NCBI GenBank assembly: GCA_043747445.1 | Contig: JAYTPB010000047.1 | Location: 157-64,156, forward strand | DNA from: Sphingomonadales bacterium | GTDB taxonomy: Bacteria > Pseudomonadota > Alphaproteobacteria > Sphingomonadales > Sphingomonadaceae | DNA: 64,000 nt | Direction of reading: 5' to 3' | In this document: positions 38,037 through 47,297 of the stretch, in pieces | Layout of the letters: each line of letters opens with the position of its first letter | Numbering within the stretch: position 1 is the first letter of the stretch | Notes under the pieces: model-generated | Database searches by the model: none | Told to the model about the DNA's origin: nothing | The model's input: the letters and a program-made list of their open reading frames with translations, nothing else | Made by a program: the position numbers and the translations under genes

Positions 38037-38038
38037 AT
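38016..38038. repeat. Direct repeat copy 2 (duplicated korB start region)
   Basis: GATGGGAGTCATGTCGTTCATAT; see copy 1. Confidence 0.85.
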
Positions 38039-38052
38039 CATTTCCTAACCTA

Positions 38053-38391
38053 TCAATCCCTGATTAAACTTGTGACAAACTCAAACGGAATCGCCAAGAA
38101 GAAACTCAAGCCCAGCAGTCCTAACCAACTTACCCACCTCGGAACCACTCCTGTACCAGCAGTAAGTTCCCACGCTTCAAGGCCAAAACCTACATCGTCA
38201 TGCGAAGCTAAATCCGGAGCGCGACGTTCAATGTACCAACTGATTAGAACAGAGTTCACGACATAGAGAACAGCGCCGAAACAAAAACATACCGCAAAAT
38301 ATGCCCAATACGGCAATGCTAGTATCTTAACAGTCATCATAGATACCGATGCTGCAAAAAACGTCAGGAAGCAGAATATTAAAAATCGCAT
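38053..38391 (-). CDS. Small three-TM membrane protein, no recognisable family
   Basis: ATG at 38391 (MRFLIFCFLTFFAASVSMMTV...). Three hydrophobic helices. It lies in the lowest-GC part of the window, 37-38% by my hand count of three 60-nt samples. The RBS is weak. Confidence 0.45.
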   Translation of the reverse strand: MRFLIFCFLTFFAASVSMMTVKILALPYWAYFAVCFCFGAVLYVVNSVLISWYIERRAPDLASHDDVGFGLEAWELTAGTGVVPRWVSWLGLLGLSFFLAIPFEFVTSLIRD

Positions 38392-38452
38392 CCCATTTAA
38401 CCTTGTTTTAGGGTAAATAATGAAACGAGTTGAGGATAGCAGCGGCCAAAAC

Positions 38453-40345
38453 TCATGAAAGCGCTCCTTCAATCGCCGTTGTAATCTCGGCAATCGTAAA
38501 TGGCTGGCCCGAAACCTTGTTCAGCGGGCGGGCATCAACCAGATATTGATCGCGCAATACCGTCTTGAACTGGCCGGTGTTCATTTCGGGCACGATCACC
38601 TTGTCGTAACCCTTGAGCAGCTCACCCAGATTTTTGGGAAGCGGCCAAATGTGGCGGACGTGGATGTGGCTGACATCTAGCCCCTTGCGGCGGCTGCGCA
38701 GCACCGCCTGATGGATCGGGCCAAAGGTTGATCCCCAACCGACAATGGCAAGCTTGCCGCCCGGAACGCCGAGCGAGATTTCCTGATCAGGAATGCTGTC
38801 AGCAACGCCGAGCACTTTGTTCTGGCGGATGTCAGTCATCATCTGATGATTTTCCGAACCATAGTTGATGTGGCCGGTATCAACTTCTTTCTCGATCCCG
38901 CCGATGCGGTGGAGCAATCCGGGGGTGCCGGGCTTCACCCAAGGCCGGGCGAGTTTATGATCACGCCCATAAGGTTTGAACCCGCCTTCGGGCACATGAT
39001 TCAAAAATGTCACCGGGAAAGGCGCATAAGCGTCCATATCGGGGATCGCCCAAGGCTCGGCCGCGTTGGCGATATAGCCGTCGGTCAAGAGCATCACTGG
39101 CGTCATATATTGCACCGCGATCCGCACCGCCTCAATCGCGCATTCAAATGCATCAGCGGGAGAACAGGCGGAAATCACAGGCATCGGCGTATCGCCGTTG
39201 CGCCCATAAACTGCCTGATAAAGATCGCTCTGCTCAGTCTTGGTGGGCAGCCCAGTCGAAGGCCCGCCGCGCTGTGAATTGATGATGATGAGCGGAAGCT
39301 CAGTCATCACTGCAAGCCCCATCGCCTCACCCTTCAAGGCAATCCCCGGCCCTGATGACGATGTGACGCCCAGTTTGCCTGCATAAGACGCGCCGATGGC
39401 TGACGCGATTGCCGCAATCTCATCCTCGGCCTGAAACGTCGTCACGCCAAATTCTTTGAGGCGTGAAAGATGGTGGAGGATCGCCGAAGCAGGCGTGATC
39501 GGATAACCACCGAAGAATATCTTAAGCCCCGCAAGCTGCGCCCCTGCAACAATCCCAAGCGAAATCGACTCAGCACCCGTAATCGTGCGGTACTGCCCCG
39601 GTGCAACATTGGCCGCAGCGACATGATGCTGCTTCAGCCGCGCATCGCCAAGCCCGTCGCCGCTGATTTCTGCGGTTTCGCCGTATGCATGGCCAGCATT
39701 GAGCGCGGCGATATTGGCCTCCGCCAGCACAGGACTCTTGGCAAACTTCTCATTGAGCCACGCCACAATCGGCGCGCGGTCACGGTCAAACATCCAGAGC
39801 GCAAGGCCAAGCGTCCACATATTTTTGCAGCGCAGCGCTTCCTTATTGCCAAGCCCAAACGGCTTGACCGCATCAAGCGTCAGTTGGGAAATGTTGAAGT
39901 GCATCAACTGCCATTTGGAAAGGCTGCCATCCTCAAGCGGATTGGCCTCATAGGCCGCTTTTTTGAGGTTACGCTCACCAAATTCGCCATCATCAGCAAT
40001 GATCAGGCCGCCCGCTTTGAGCGCGCCAACATTGGTTTTGAGCGCGGCAGGGTTCATCGCAATCAGCACATCGGGTTCGTCGCCCGCCGTCGTGATTTCC
40101 GCCGAGCCGAAATTGATCTGAAACGCAGATACGCCGAACAACGTGCCCTGCGGCGCACGAATTTCGGCCGGAAAATCAGGGAAGGTGGCAAAATCATTGC
40201 CCGCCAGCGCGGATGACAGAGTGAACTGCCCCCCGGTTAACTGCATACCATCGCCTGAGTCGCCTGCAAAACGGACGACGACGGCTTCGGTGTTTTCGGG
40301 TGCGTTAAATATGGTCGCACTCTCGGTGCGCACGGCGGTGGCCAT
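38453..40345 (-). CDS. korA: 2-oxoglutarate/2-oxoacid:ferredoxin oxidoreductase alpha subunit
   Basis: 630 aa with a fused gamma-like N-terminal domain followed by the PFOR alpha core (GYPITPAS, GGPSTGLPTK). Confidence 0.92.
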   Translation of the reverse strand: MATAVRTESATIFNAPENTEAVVVRFAGDSGDGMQLTGGQFTLSSALAGNDFATFPDFPAEIRAPQGTLFGVSAFQINFGSAEITTAGDEPDVLIAMNPAALKTNVGALKAGGLIIADDGEFGERNLKKAAYEANPLEDGSLSKWQLMHFNISQLTLDAVKPFGLGNKEALRCKNMWTLGLALWMFDRDRAPIVAWLNEKFAKSPVLAEANIAALNAGHAYGETAEISGDGLGDARLKQHHVAAANVAPGQYRTITGAESISLGIVAGAQLAGLKIFFGGYPITPASAILHHLSRLKEFGVTTFQAEDEIAAIASAIGASYAGKLGVTSSSGPGIALKGEAMGLAVMTELPLIIINSQRGGPSTGLPTKTEQSDLYQAVYGRNGDTPMPVISACSPADAFECAIEAVRIAVQYMTPVMLLTDGYIANAAEPWAIPDMDAYAPFPVTFLNHVPEGGFKPYGRDHKLARPWVKPGTPGLLHRIGGIEKEVDTGHINYGSENHQMMTDIRQNKVLGVADSIPDQEISLGVPGGKLAIVGWGSTFGPIHQAVLRSRRKGLDVSHIHVRHIWPLPKNLGELLKGYDKVIVPEMNTGQFKTVLRDQYLVDARPLNKVSGQPFTIAEITTAIEGALS

Positions 40346-40505
40346 TATGATGTTTCCTGCAAACTTTGATGTGCCGCGCTTTAGGCGTGGTCACATGCGG
40401 ATGCAAAATAGTTATTATGCAGCAAAGCGCAATCTTTCTTGGCTCTCGACGGCAAGGAAAAAGCCATTTAGGCTTACCCCAAGATCATAATACCGGAGTT
40501 TGCCC

Positions 40506-41447
40506 ATGACCAAAGCCTATGTTCGCCCTGATGTTGAGGCGTTTCTCAATTTCCTTAACAATGTGCCCGGCCCAAAAATGCACGAGCTAACCCCCGATGA
40601 GGCGCGCGCGCAAATGCGGATGATGGGCGTCGTTGCTGAACTGCCCGTTGGTGATTTGGCAATCGTGCGCGATCTTGAAATTTCGGGACCAGCCGGGATA
40701 ATCCCCGCGCGGCTTTATGACGCCCGCGAAACGCGCAGCGCTGGGCCAGTGATGGTGTTTTATCACGGCGGCGGCTTTGTGATAGGCGATCTTGAAACCC
40801 ACGGGCCTTACTGTGCAGAGGCCGCGCGCCAGCTTGATATACCCGTTATCTCAATTGATTACCGCCTTGCCCCCGAACATCCCTTCCCGGCAGCACCCGA
40901 AGATTGTGAGGCGGCAACGCGCTGGATTGCTGAGAATATCGCCTGTAATGGCCTGATCCTGTCAGGCGATAGCGCGGGCGGCAACCTCACCGTTGTTACC
41001 GCAATGGCGCTGCGTGATGCGCCCGCCGCTGTGCCCGTAATCGCGCAGAACCCGATTTACCCTTTCGTTTCAATGAGTGGTGATTGGGACAGTATGCGTG
41101 ATTTCGCTGACGGCTTCCTGCTCTCAAGCGACGGCATGGCATGGTTTAGCGACGCCTATGCCAGCGACCCCGAGGATCGCCGCGCGGCACCGCTTTCGCA
41201 TGATCACGCAGGCCTGCCACCAACCGTGGTGATGACTGCGAGTCTTGATCCGCTCCATGATCAGGGCGTTGCTTATGTTGCGGCACTCGAAGCGGCGGGC
41301 GTTCACGTCCGCCATGTTGAGGCCGACGGCAACATCCACGGCCTGATCAACCTGCGCAAGATCATCCCTTCGGCGCAAGACGATATCACGCGCAATCTTG
41401 ATGCGTTGAAGGTAGTGCTGGCTGAGGTTGTAATGGCCCCCGCATGA
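40506..41447 (+). CDS. Alpha/beta hydrolase, hormone-sensitive-lipase-like esterase
   Basis: HGGGF oxyanion motif and GDSAGG nucleophile elbow. ATG at 40506 with GGAG 7 nt upstream; the track start at 40500 is a TTG. Confidence 0.85.
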   Translation: MTKAYVRPDVEAFLNFLNNVPGPKMHELTPDEARAQMRMMGVVAELPVGDLAIVRDLEISGPAGIIPARLYDARETRSAGPVMVFYHGGGFVIGDLETHGPYCAEAARQLDIPVISIDYRLAPEHPFPAAPEDCEAATRWIAENIACNGLILSGDSAGGNLTVVTAMALRDAPAAVPVIAQNPIYPFVSMSGDWDSMRDFADGFLLSSDGMAWFSDAYASDPEDRRAAPLSHDHAGLPPTVVMTASLDPLHDQGVAYVAALEAAGVHVRHVEADGNIHGLINLRKIIPSAQDDITRNLDALKVVLAEVVMAPA

Positions 41448-41920
41448 TTGATCCAAATACCCTGCCTTATCGGCCCTGCGCCGGAATTATGCTGCTCAAC
41501 GCGGAAGGCATGGTGTTTGTCGGTCAGCGTCTTGATAGCCAGCTTGACGCGTGGCAAATGCCGCAGGGCGGGATTGATGATGGTGAAGAGGCCGAGGCCG
41601 CTGCGTTTCGTGAACTCCAAGAGGAAACGGGCATCGCGCCGCATCTTGCGCAATTGATCGCGCGTTCGGCGGGCGAGCATCTTTATGATCTGCCTGACCA
41701 TATGCTCGGCAAAATATGGAAGGGCAAATATCGCGGCCAGCGGCAGATATGGTTTCTGATGCGCTTTCTCGGCAGCGATGCTGACGTGAATATCGCCACC
41801 CACAGTCAGGAATTTCGCGCGTGGCGCTGGGCCGCGCCTGAGCAACTGGTTGACCTCATCGTCCCCTTCAAGCGGGAGCTTTATGCCAATGTCATCGCCG
41901 AATTCGCGCCCCATTTATGA
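41444..41920 (+). CDS. rppH: RNA pyrophosphohydrolase (Nudix)
   Basis: 158 aa. Nudix box GGIDDGEEAEAAAFRELQEETG. ATGA overlap with the esterase stop. Confidence 0.9.
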   Translation: MIDPNTLPYRPCAGIMLLNAEGMVFVGQRLDSQLDAWQMPQGGIDDGEEAEAAAFRELQEETGIAPHLAQLIARSAGEHLYDLPDHMLGKIWKGKYRGQRQIWFLMRFLGSDADVNIATHSQEFRAWRWAAPEQLVDLIVPFKRELYANVIAEFAPHL

Positions 41921-42548
41921 GGCCAAACCCGCCAGTTGGTGGGAACGCACCGTCGTCCCCAAACTAATCGGCTGCGCCTGCGCACAGCCGCAAATCATGA
42001 AGGCGCGCAGCCGGATCGTCCCGCAGGCTGAGGGCGATGTGCTAGAGCTTGGCTGCGGCGGCGGTATCAACATGCAGTTTTACGATCCAGCGCGGATTAG
42101 AAGCTTTGCCGGGCTAGACCCTTCGCCAGCACTGCTCGACGCCTCACGCGCCGCTGCACAAGCCAAGGGGATGACCGCTGATATCCGCGCTGGGATTGGT
42201 GAAGATATGCCCTTTGATGACGCCAGTTTTGACACCATCCTCGTCACCTTCACGCTTTGCTCAGTAGACGATCAAGCGCAGGTTTTGCGGGAGATGCGCC
42301 GCGTCCTGCGCCCCGGTGGCAAGGCGCTGTTCCTCGAACATGGCAGCGCACCCGACGCGAGCGTGCGCAAATGGCAGCGGCGGATTGAACCAATCTGGAG
42401 CCGCATCGGCGGCAACTGCCACCTCACCCGTGCCATCACTGGAGCCTATGAAAGCGCAGGTTTCAAAGTGTCAGCCGGAGACAAGGGGTACATGCCCAAA
42501 ACGCCGCGCCCCTTCGGCTGGATCGAATGGGGCGAAGCGCGGGTTTAG
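41883..42548 (+). CDS. Class I SAM-dependent methyltransferase
   Basis: Motif I VLELGCGGG and post-I/II motifs. The start is ambiguous (41850, 41883 or 41889), and all candidates overlap the rppH 3' end. Confidence 0.8.
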   Translation: MPMSSPNSRPIYEAKPASWWERTVVPKLIGCACAQPQIMKARSRIVPQAEGDVLELGCGGGINMQFYDPARIRSFAGLDPSPALLDASRAAAQAKGMTADIRAGIGEDMPFDDASFDTILVTFTLCSVDDQAQVLREMRRVLRPGGKALFLEHGSAPDASVRKWQRRIEPIWSRIGGNCHLTRAITGAYESAGFKVSAGDKGYMPKTPRPFGWIEWGEARV

Positions 42549-42674
42549 GCAGGCCAGAAGGCGCGCCAGATCACATAGCCAAGCGCTGGCAGGCCGATCA
42601 AATCAACCGAAGCAATCTGCCGCAGCGCAGGCGGCGCGCCTTGCAGCCAGTAGAGCGAGCCTGAAAACTCCGCT

Positions 42675-44402
42675 TTAAGCGTCTTGGTCGCTTTCTGGGG
42701 TATTAGCCCGTTGAAGCGAATGCTGCTCACTCGAAAGATGTCCATTAGGAGTCGATGTTGCCGCTCCAGCGAGCATTCCGTTTAGTGAACTGCCGCCAAT
42801 GCCTATCTCTCCCATAAGCGCGTCGATAAGCGGGCCACCGACCCGGTATCTCATAGCCGCCGCCACAGCCGAATCCGCAAGGTTACCATTATTATCTGTG
42901 ACATCAGCACCATTCGCATCACCGTGAAGTCCTCGGGCATCAAGAATACTAATCTTGTCAATCTGCTCCATTGGTTTGCTCGCTGCCGCGATAATGGCGG
43001 GAAGTGCATCAAGCATCGCTTTGCGTGCTAACAAAGCGGTTTGCGTATTGTTGAGGACGTTTGTTGCCTCATTCAATGCAGTTTGGCCTGCCGAATCCAC
43101 CTTAAAGGCTGCTGCCCGTCCTTCGGCACGTGATTTTTCGGCATCGGCTTCGGCCGTTGCTTCAGTCCGTAGGGCCGAAGCGCGCGCCTCCGCCGCCTCT
43201 TTTTCGGCAGTAGCCGCCACAGTAATGCCAACAGCCTGCTCTTCAGCCTTCTGAGTGGCTGCAATAACGGCGACATTTTTGTTCCGGTTGGCAATTTCAG
43301 TCGCCTGTGCAGTGGTAACGCTCTCCTCAGCTCGCACGGCCAGCGCTCGCGCTTCATTGGCTGCGGCAGTCGCCGTCGACTCTTCCTCAGATTTCTGCGC
43401 GGTTTGTACGGCGGTTGTGATCCGCGCTAACTCAATATTGCGATCCCGTTCGATCGTTGCTGTTTGAATTGCACCATCGCGCTCGATAGTCGCTGTTTGA
43501 ATAACCTTGTCAGCTTCGGTCTGCGCAACAGTCTGCGCCTGCTGTGCTGTAATCCGAGCGATTTCAGCCAAACGTGTCTGTTCTGACTCCGCCGTTGCAA
43601 TTGCGGTCGCTTGCTCTGCCCGTCTCGCTGCAAGGGTTTGCTCTTGAGTGAGCTTTGCTTGCTCCGCAGCTTGCGCGATCTCAAGCGATTGATTGTTCGC
43701 TTCTAGGTTACGCTGCTCAATCTCAACGCGGTTTGTGGCAACTATATCATTTCGAATTTTCTTCCGCTCTTCGATTGTCCGCGTAAGCACGGTCAGCCCC
43801 TCGGCGTCAAAGGCATTATTCTCGTTAAAATGCTCAAACGCAGTTTGGTCGAAGTGCGTAATGCTGACCGATTCAAGCTGAAAACCATTCATATCCAAAT
43901 CGGTCATAAGCGCTTCTTGTACCTTTTGGATGAAATCGGCACGATTAGCGTGCAAATGCTCCATCGTCATAGTGGCGGCGACTGAACGAAGCGCCGATAC
44001 AAGCTTGCCATCAAGCAGCGATTTAACTGCGTCTGGACTGTTCACAGAATCACCCAACGTCTGCGCCGCTGCCGCAATCGACTGTGCGTCAGGTTTTACC
44101 TTAATGTGAAACAGACCAACCACGTCTACCCTCAATTTATCGAGCGTGATCAGTGCGTCCTTGTTGAGGCGCGACACCTCAAGCTTCACTGTTGTCAGGC
44201 GAACTTGCATAAGCTCATGGAGAACAGGGATCACCATGATGCCGCCATTTAAGACAACTTTCTCGCCACCAAACCCGGTACGGATCAGCGCCACATCTTT
44301 TGTGGCGCGTCGATAAAGTCGGGTAAGAATAACGCCAATCACTATGAGTGATACAAGTATAATTCCTGTATAGATGAGAATGTTGATCAATGATTGTGGC
44401 AC
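42675..44402 (-). CDS. Flotillin-family SPFH protein (YqiK-like)
   Basis: 575 aa. N-terminal TM, SPFH/band-7 domain and a long Ala/Glu/Gln-rich coiled coil containing an internal duplication (IQTATIERDGA / IQTATIERDRN). Confidence 0.88.
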   Translation of the reverse strand: MPQSLINILIYTGIILVSLIVIGVILTRLYRRATKDVALIRTGFGGEKVVLNGGIMVIPVLHELMQVRLTTVKLEVSRLNKDALITLDKLRVDVVGLFHIKVKPDAQSIAAAAQTLGDSVNSPDAVKSLLDGKLVSALRSVAATMTMEHLHANRADFIQKVQEALMTDLDMNGFQLESVSITHFDQTAFEHFNENNAFDAEGLTVLTRTIEERKKIRNDIVATNRVEIEQRNLEANNQSLEIAQAAEQAKLTQEQTLAARRAEQATAIATAESEQTRLAEIARITAQQAQTVAQTEADKVIQTATIERDGAIQTATIERDRNIELARITTAVQTAQKSEEESTATAAANEARALAVRAEESVTTAQATEIANRNKNVAVIAATQKAEEQAVGITVAATAEKEAAEARASALRTEATAEADAEKSRAEGRAAAFKVDSAGQTALNEATNVLNNTQTALLARKAMLDALPAIIAAASKPMEQIDKISILDARGLHGDANGADVTDNNGNLADSAVAAAMRYRVGGPLIDALMGEIGIGGSSLNGMLAGAATSTPNGHLSSEQHSLQRANTPESDQDA

Positions 44403-44427
44403 ATTATTATCCTGTTCTGCGTGAATT

Positions 44428-45048
44428 TCAAATTGGTCTTAGCGTCGGATGAACGTCTGGCAAGCCAAAGAACACAGTACCCTCCTTGCGGACAAGCATC
44501 GTCGTCTCACCCTGCGCAATAACATCATCATCATTATGGGGCTCAACCATAACATAATGGGCCTGTTTATACTGATCTAACACCTTCGCGCGCGCGGGAT
44601 GCCCTCGACGCGCGGCGCCCTCAAGGATCACGCCGCGTCGCATTATAAGATCTTCAGAGTCAATTACCGTTGTCTCGTAAGCAGGAATTATCTTCACCAA
44701 ACCAGAAGCAACAAAGCGGTTGGCAACACTCCCAATTGTCAAAGCCCCAACCGAAGCCAATGCCCAATGCAGCGGCTGTCCGATGGCAAATGTCGTGATT
44801 TGTTGAATAGCAACACCCACGAAAGTAAAGCAACCAAGCAACGATGTTAGCCAAATCAAGATTGGCAAATCATTACCGATACCGAGCCAATCCAATGCAT
44901 TTCCGTCATGCGCATTAAGGTCAACGTCTGCCACCGAATCAATCTGTCCGACGCCGAGGCCGATTGCCTCGATCAGGCCAACGCCTACCATCAACAAAAA
45001 AGCAATTGAGAAAACGGCGTATTCAGGCGTCAGGAACACATCAAGCAT
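44428..45048 (-). CDS. YqiJ/NfeD-like membrane protein with a C-terminal OB-fold (DUF1449 type)
   Basis: 206 aa, several TM helices followed by a soluble beta-rich tail. It lies immediately upstream of the flotillin gene, as in the yqiJ-yqiK pair. Confidence 0.7.
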   Translation of the reverse strand: MLDVFLTPEYAVFSIAFLLMVGVGLIEAIGLGVGQIDSVADVDLNAHDGNALDWLGIGNDLPILIWLTSLLGCFTFVGVAIQQITTFAIGQPLHWALASVGALTIGSVANRFVASGLVKIIPAYETTVIDSEDLIMRRGVILEGAARRGHPARAKVLDQYKQAHYVMVEPHNDDDVIAQGETTMLVRKEGTVFFGLPDVHPTLRPI

Positions 45049-45113
45049 TCTGACACTGTTATCAGAACCAGTGCCTATACTTCAAGCTATATGCGATTTG
45101 CGTCTCTCATCCC

Positions 45114-47174
45114 CTACCCCGCCTTAACCTGCGCCCGGAACTTATGCAGCAGCGGCTCGGTATAGCCGTTGGGCTGTTCCACCCCTTCGAACACAAGCGC
45201 GCGCGCGGCCTGAAAGGCAATGCTATCGGGGGTTAGCGTCCGGTACAGCGGATCACCTGCATTTTGCGCGTCAACCTTGGCCGCCATTTTGGTGAGCGCT
45301 GCGTCCACCTGAGCCTCACTGCACACGCCGTGGAGGAGCCAGTTGGCGATATGTTGTGAGCTGATGCGGAGCGTCGCGCGATCTTCCATCAGGCCGACGT
45401 CATTGATGTCGGGCACTTTTGAACAGCCAATCCCTTGGTCAATCCAGCGGACGACATAGCCGAGAATGCCTTGGGCATTATTCTCAAGCTCTTCGCGCAC
45501 TTCTTCGGCTGACCAGTTGTGACCGATGGGCGCAACCGGGATAGTAAGGAGCGCACTCAGCCCCGGCGTTGGCTCCTTTGCAAGTTCAGCCTGCCGCGCG
45601 AACACATCAACCTGATGATAGTGCATCGCGTGGAGCGTGGCGGCGGTCGGGCTTGGCACCCATGCCGTGTTGGCTCCCGACTTAGGATGGCCAATTTTCT
45701 GCACCATCATATCGGCCATCATGTCAGGCGCGGCCCACATGCCTTTGCCAATCTGCGCCTTGCCGGAAAAGCCGCAGGCAAGGCCGATTTGGACGTTGCG
45801 CGCCTCATACGCGGTGATCCAATCGCTGCTCTTCATCGCGCCTTTGCGGATCATTGGCCCGGCCTGCATTGATGTGTGCATTTCATCGCCAGTGCGATCA
45901 AGAAAGCCTGTATTGATGAAAACGATCCGGTCTTTCACCGCATGGATGCACGCGGCGAGATTGGCCGAGGTGCGGCGCTCCTCATCCATCACGCCGACTT
46001 TGATTGTATGGCGCGGTAGCTCCAACAAATCCTCAACAGCATCGAACAAGTTATTGGTAAAGCTGGCTTCTTGTGGGCCGTGCATCTTGGGCTTGACGAT
46101 ATAAATGCTGCCCGCGCGGCTATTGCGGTGCGTGCCGAGACCTTTCAAATCATGAAGCGCACAAAGTGATGTGAACACCGCATCAAGAATGCCTTCAGGT
46201 GCTTCGCTGCCATCGCTGAGCAGCACCGCCGGGTTGGTCATGAGGTGGCCGACATTGCGGACGAACATCAGGCTGCGCCCCGGCAGAGTGACATCACCCC
46301 AAACCCGGTCAGCCTCAAGCGCGCGGGTCTGCGTTTTGCCGCCTTTTTCAAAGCTAGCGGTCAAATCGCCGCGCATCAGGCCAAGCCAGTTTGTGTAGGC
46401 CGCCACTTTATCTTGCGCATCCACTGCTGCGACTGAGTCTTCCAGATCGATGATCGCAGTGAGCGCCGACTCAAGCCGCACGTCAGCAATACCAAGCAGA
46501 TCAGTTTTTCCAATTACATGCTCAGGATCAATAAAAACTTCAATATGCAAGCCATTGTTTTTGAATAGTAATGACTGATTGTTGTCATTGGCGACTAAAT
46601 CGCGGTGCGCGGCACCTTTGATCACATCTGCCCACCCCGGAATCGCTGCGTCGAGAAACGCCCGCGCCCGCGCAATCACAGCAGTTCCTCGCTGCGCATC
46701 ATATCCACCCGGCTTGGCAGGCGGCGCATCAAGCGCGTCAGTGCCGTAAAGCGCGTCATAAAGGCTGCCCCACCGCGCATTGGCGGCATTGAGGACGAAA
46801 CGGTCATTAAGGCTTGGCACGACAAGCTGCGGCCCGGCCATCGTCGCGATTTCAGCGTCGACATTGGTCGTCCCTATGGTGAAGGGCGCTGGTTCTAGCA
46901 CCAAATAGCCAATCTCACGCAGGAACGCCTCATAAGCGGGAGCATCATGCGGCTGGCCTTTACGCGCCTGATGCCACGCATCAATTTGTGCCTGAAGCAA
47001 GTCGCGTTTGGCTAGCAATTCGCGGTTTCGCGGCACCGTCACCTCAAGCAGTTTGGCGAAGCCCGCCCAAAAGCTGTCACCATCAAGACCAGTTCCTGCT
47101 AGCGCCTTGCTGTCAACAAAATCGGCCAATTCGCTGGCAATTCGGATGCCGTGGCGTGTGATATAATCAGTCAT
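45114..47174 (-). CDS. glcB: Malate synthase G
   Basis: Start at [13 protein letters not shown] (47174). About 686 aa with conserved malate-synthase-G blocks ([28 protein letters not shown]). Confidence 0.93.
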   Translation of the reverse strand: MTDYITRHGIRIASELADFVDSKALAGTGLDGDSFWAGFAKLLEVTVPRNRELLAKRDLLQAQIDAWHQARKGQPHDAPAYEAFLREIGYLVLEPAPFTIGTTNVDAEIATMAGPQLVVPSLNDRFVLNAANARWGSLYDALYGTDALDAPPAKPGGYDAQRGTAVIARARAFLDAAIPGWADVIKGAAHRDLVANDNNQSLLFKNNGLHIEVFIDPEHVIGKTDLLGIADVRLESALTAIIDLEDSVAAVDAQDKVAAYTNWLGLMRGDLTASFEKGGKTQTRALEADRVWGDVTLPGRSLMFVRNVGHLMTNPAVLLSDGSEAPEGILDAVFTSLCALHDLKGLGTHRNSRAGSIYIVKPKMHGPQEASFTNNLFDAVEDLLELPRHTIKVGVMDEERRTSANLAACIHAVKDRIVFINTGFLDRTGDEMHTSMQAGPMIRKGAMKSSDWITAYEARNVQIGLACGFSGKAQIGKGMWAAPDMMADMMVQKIGHPKSGANTAWVPSPTAATLHAMHYHQVDVFARQAELAKEPTPGLSALLTIPVAPIGHNWSAEEVREELENNAQGILGYVVRWIDQGIGCSKVPDINDVGLMEDRATLRISSQHIANWLLHGVCSEAQVDAALTKMAAKVDAQNAGDPLYRTLTPDSIAFQAARALVFEGVEQPNGYTEPLLHKFRAQVKAG

Positions 47175-47297
47175 GAAATGCCCTTTATCGCTGTGTTGTT
47201 CCGGGGAGGAAAGCAAGGCGAAGCTCCTATGCCGCAGAGTGAGGCTGCGTGCAATCGGGGACTGTCGCAATAATATTACGCGGGCTATGGTGCGCTC

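Noticed and set aside
38392-38493. N-terminal extension of the membrane ORF using the TTG inside korA
   Set aside because: The extension is hydrophilic, overlaps the korA coding sequence and has no RBS. The internal ATG at 38391 is more plausible, if the ORF is real at all.
39470-40216. 248-aa + ORF
   Set aside because: It is antisense to korA. The Arg-rich composition marks it as a shadow frame.
41303-41914. 203-aa minus-strand ORF
   Set aside because: It is antisense to the esterase 3' end and to rppH, both of which have clear catalytic motifs.
42545-42745. 66-aa minus-strand ORF in the convergent gap between the methyltransferase and flotillin genes
   Set aside because: It overlaps both neighbouring gene ends, has no RBS and no recognisable family. 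It could be a gene remnant, but I cannot support that.
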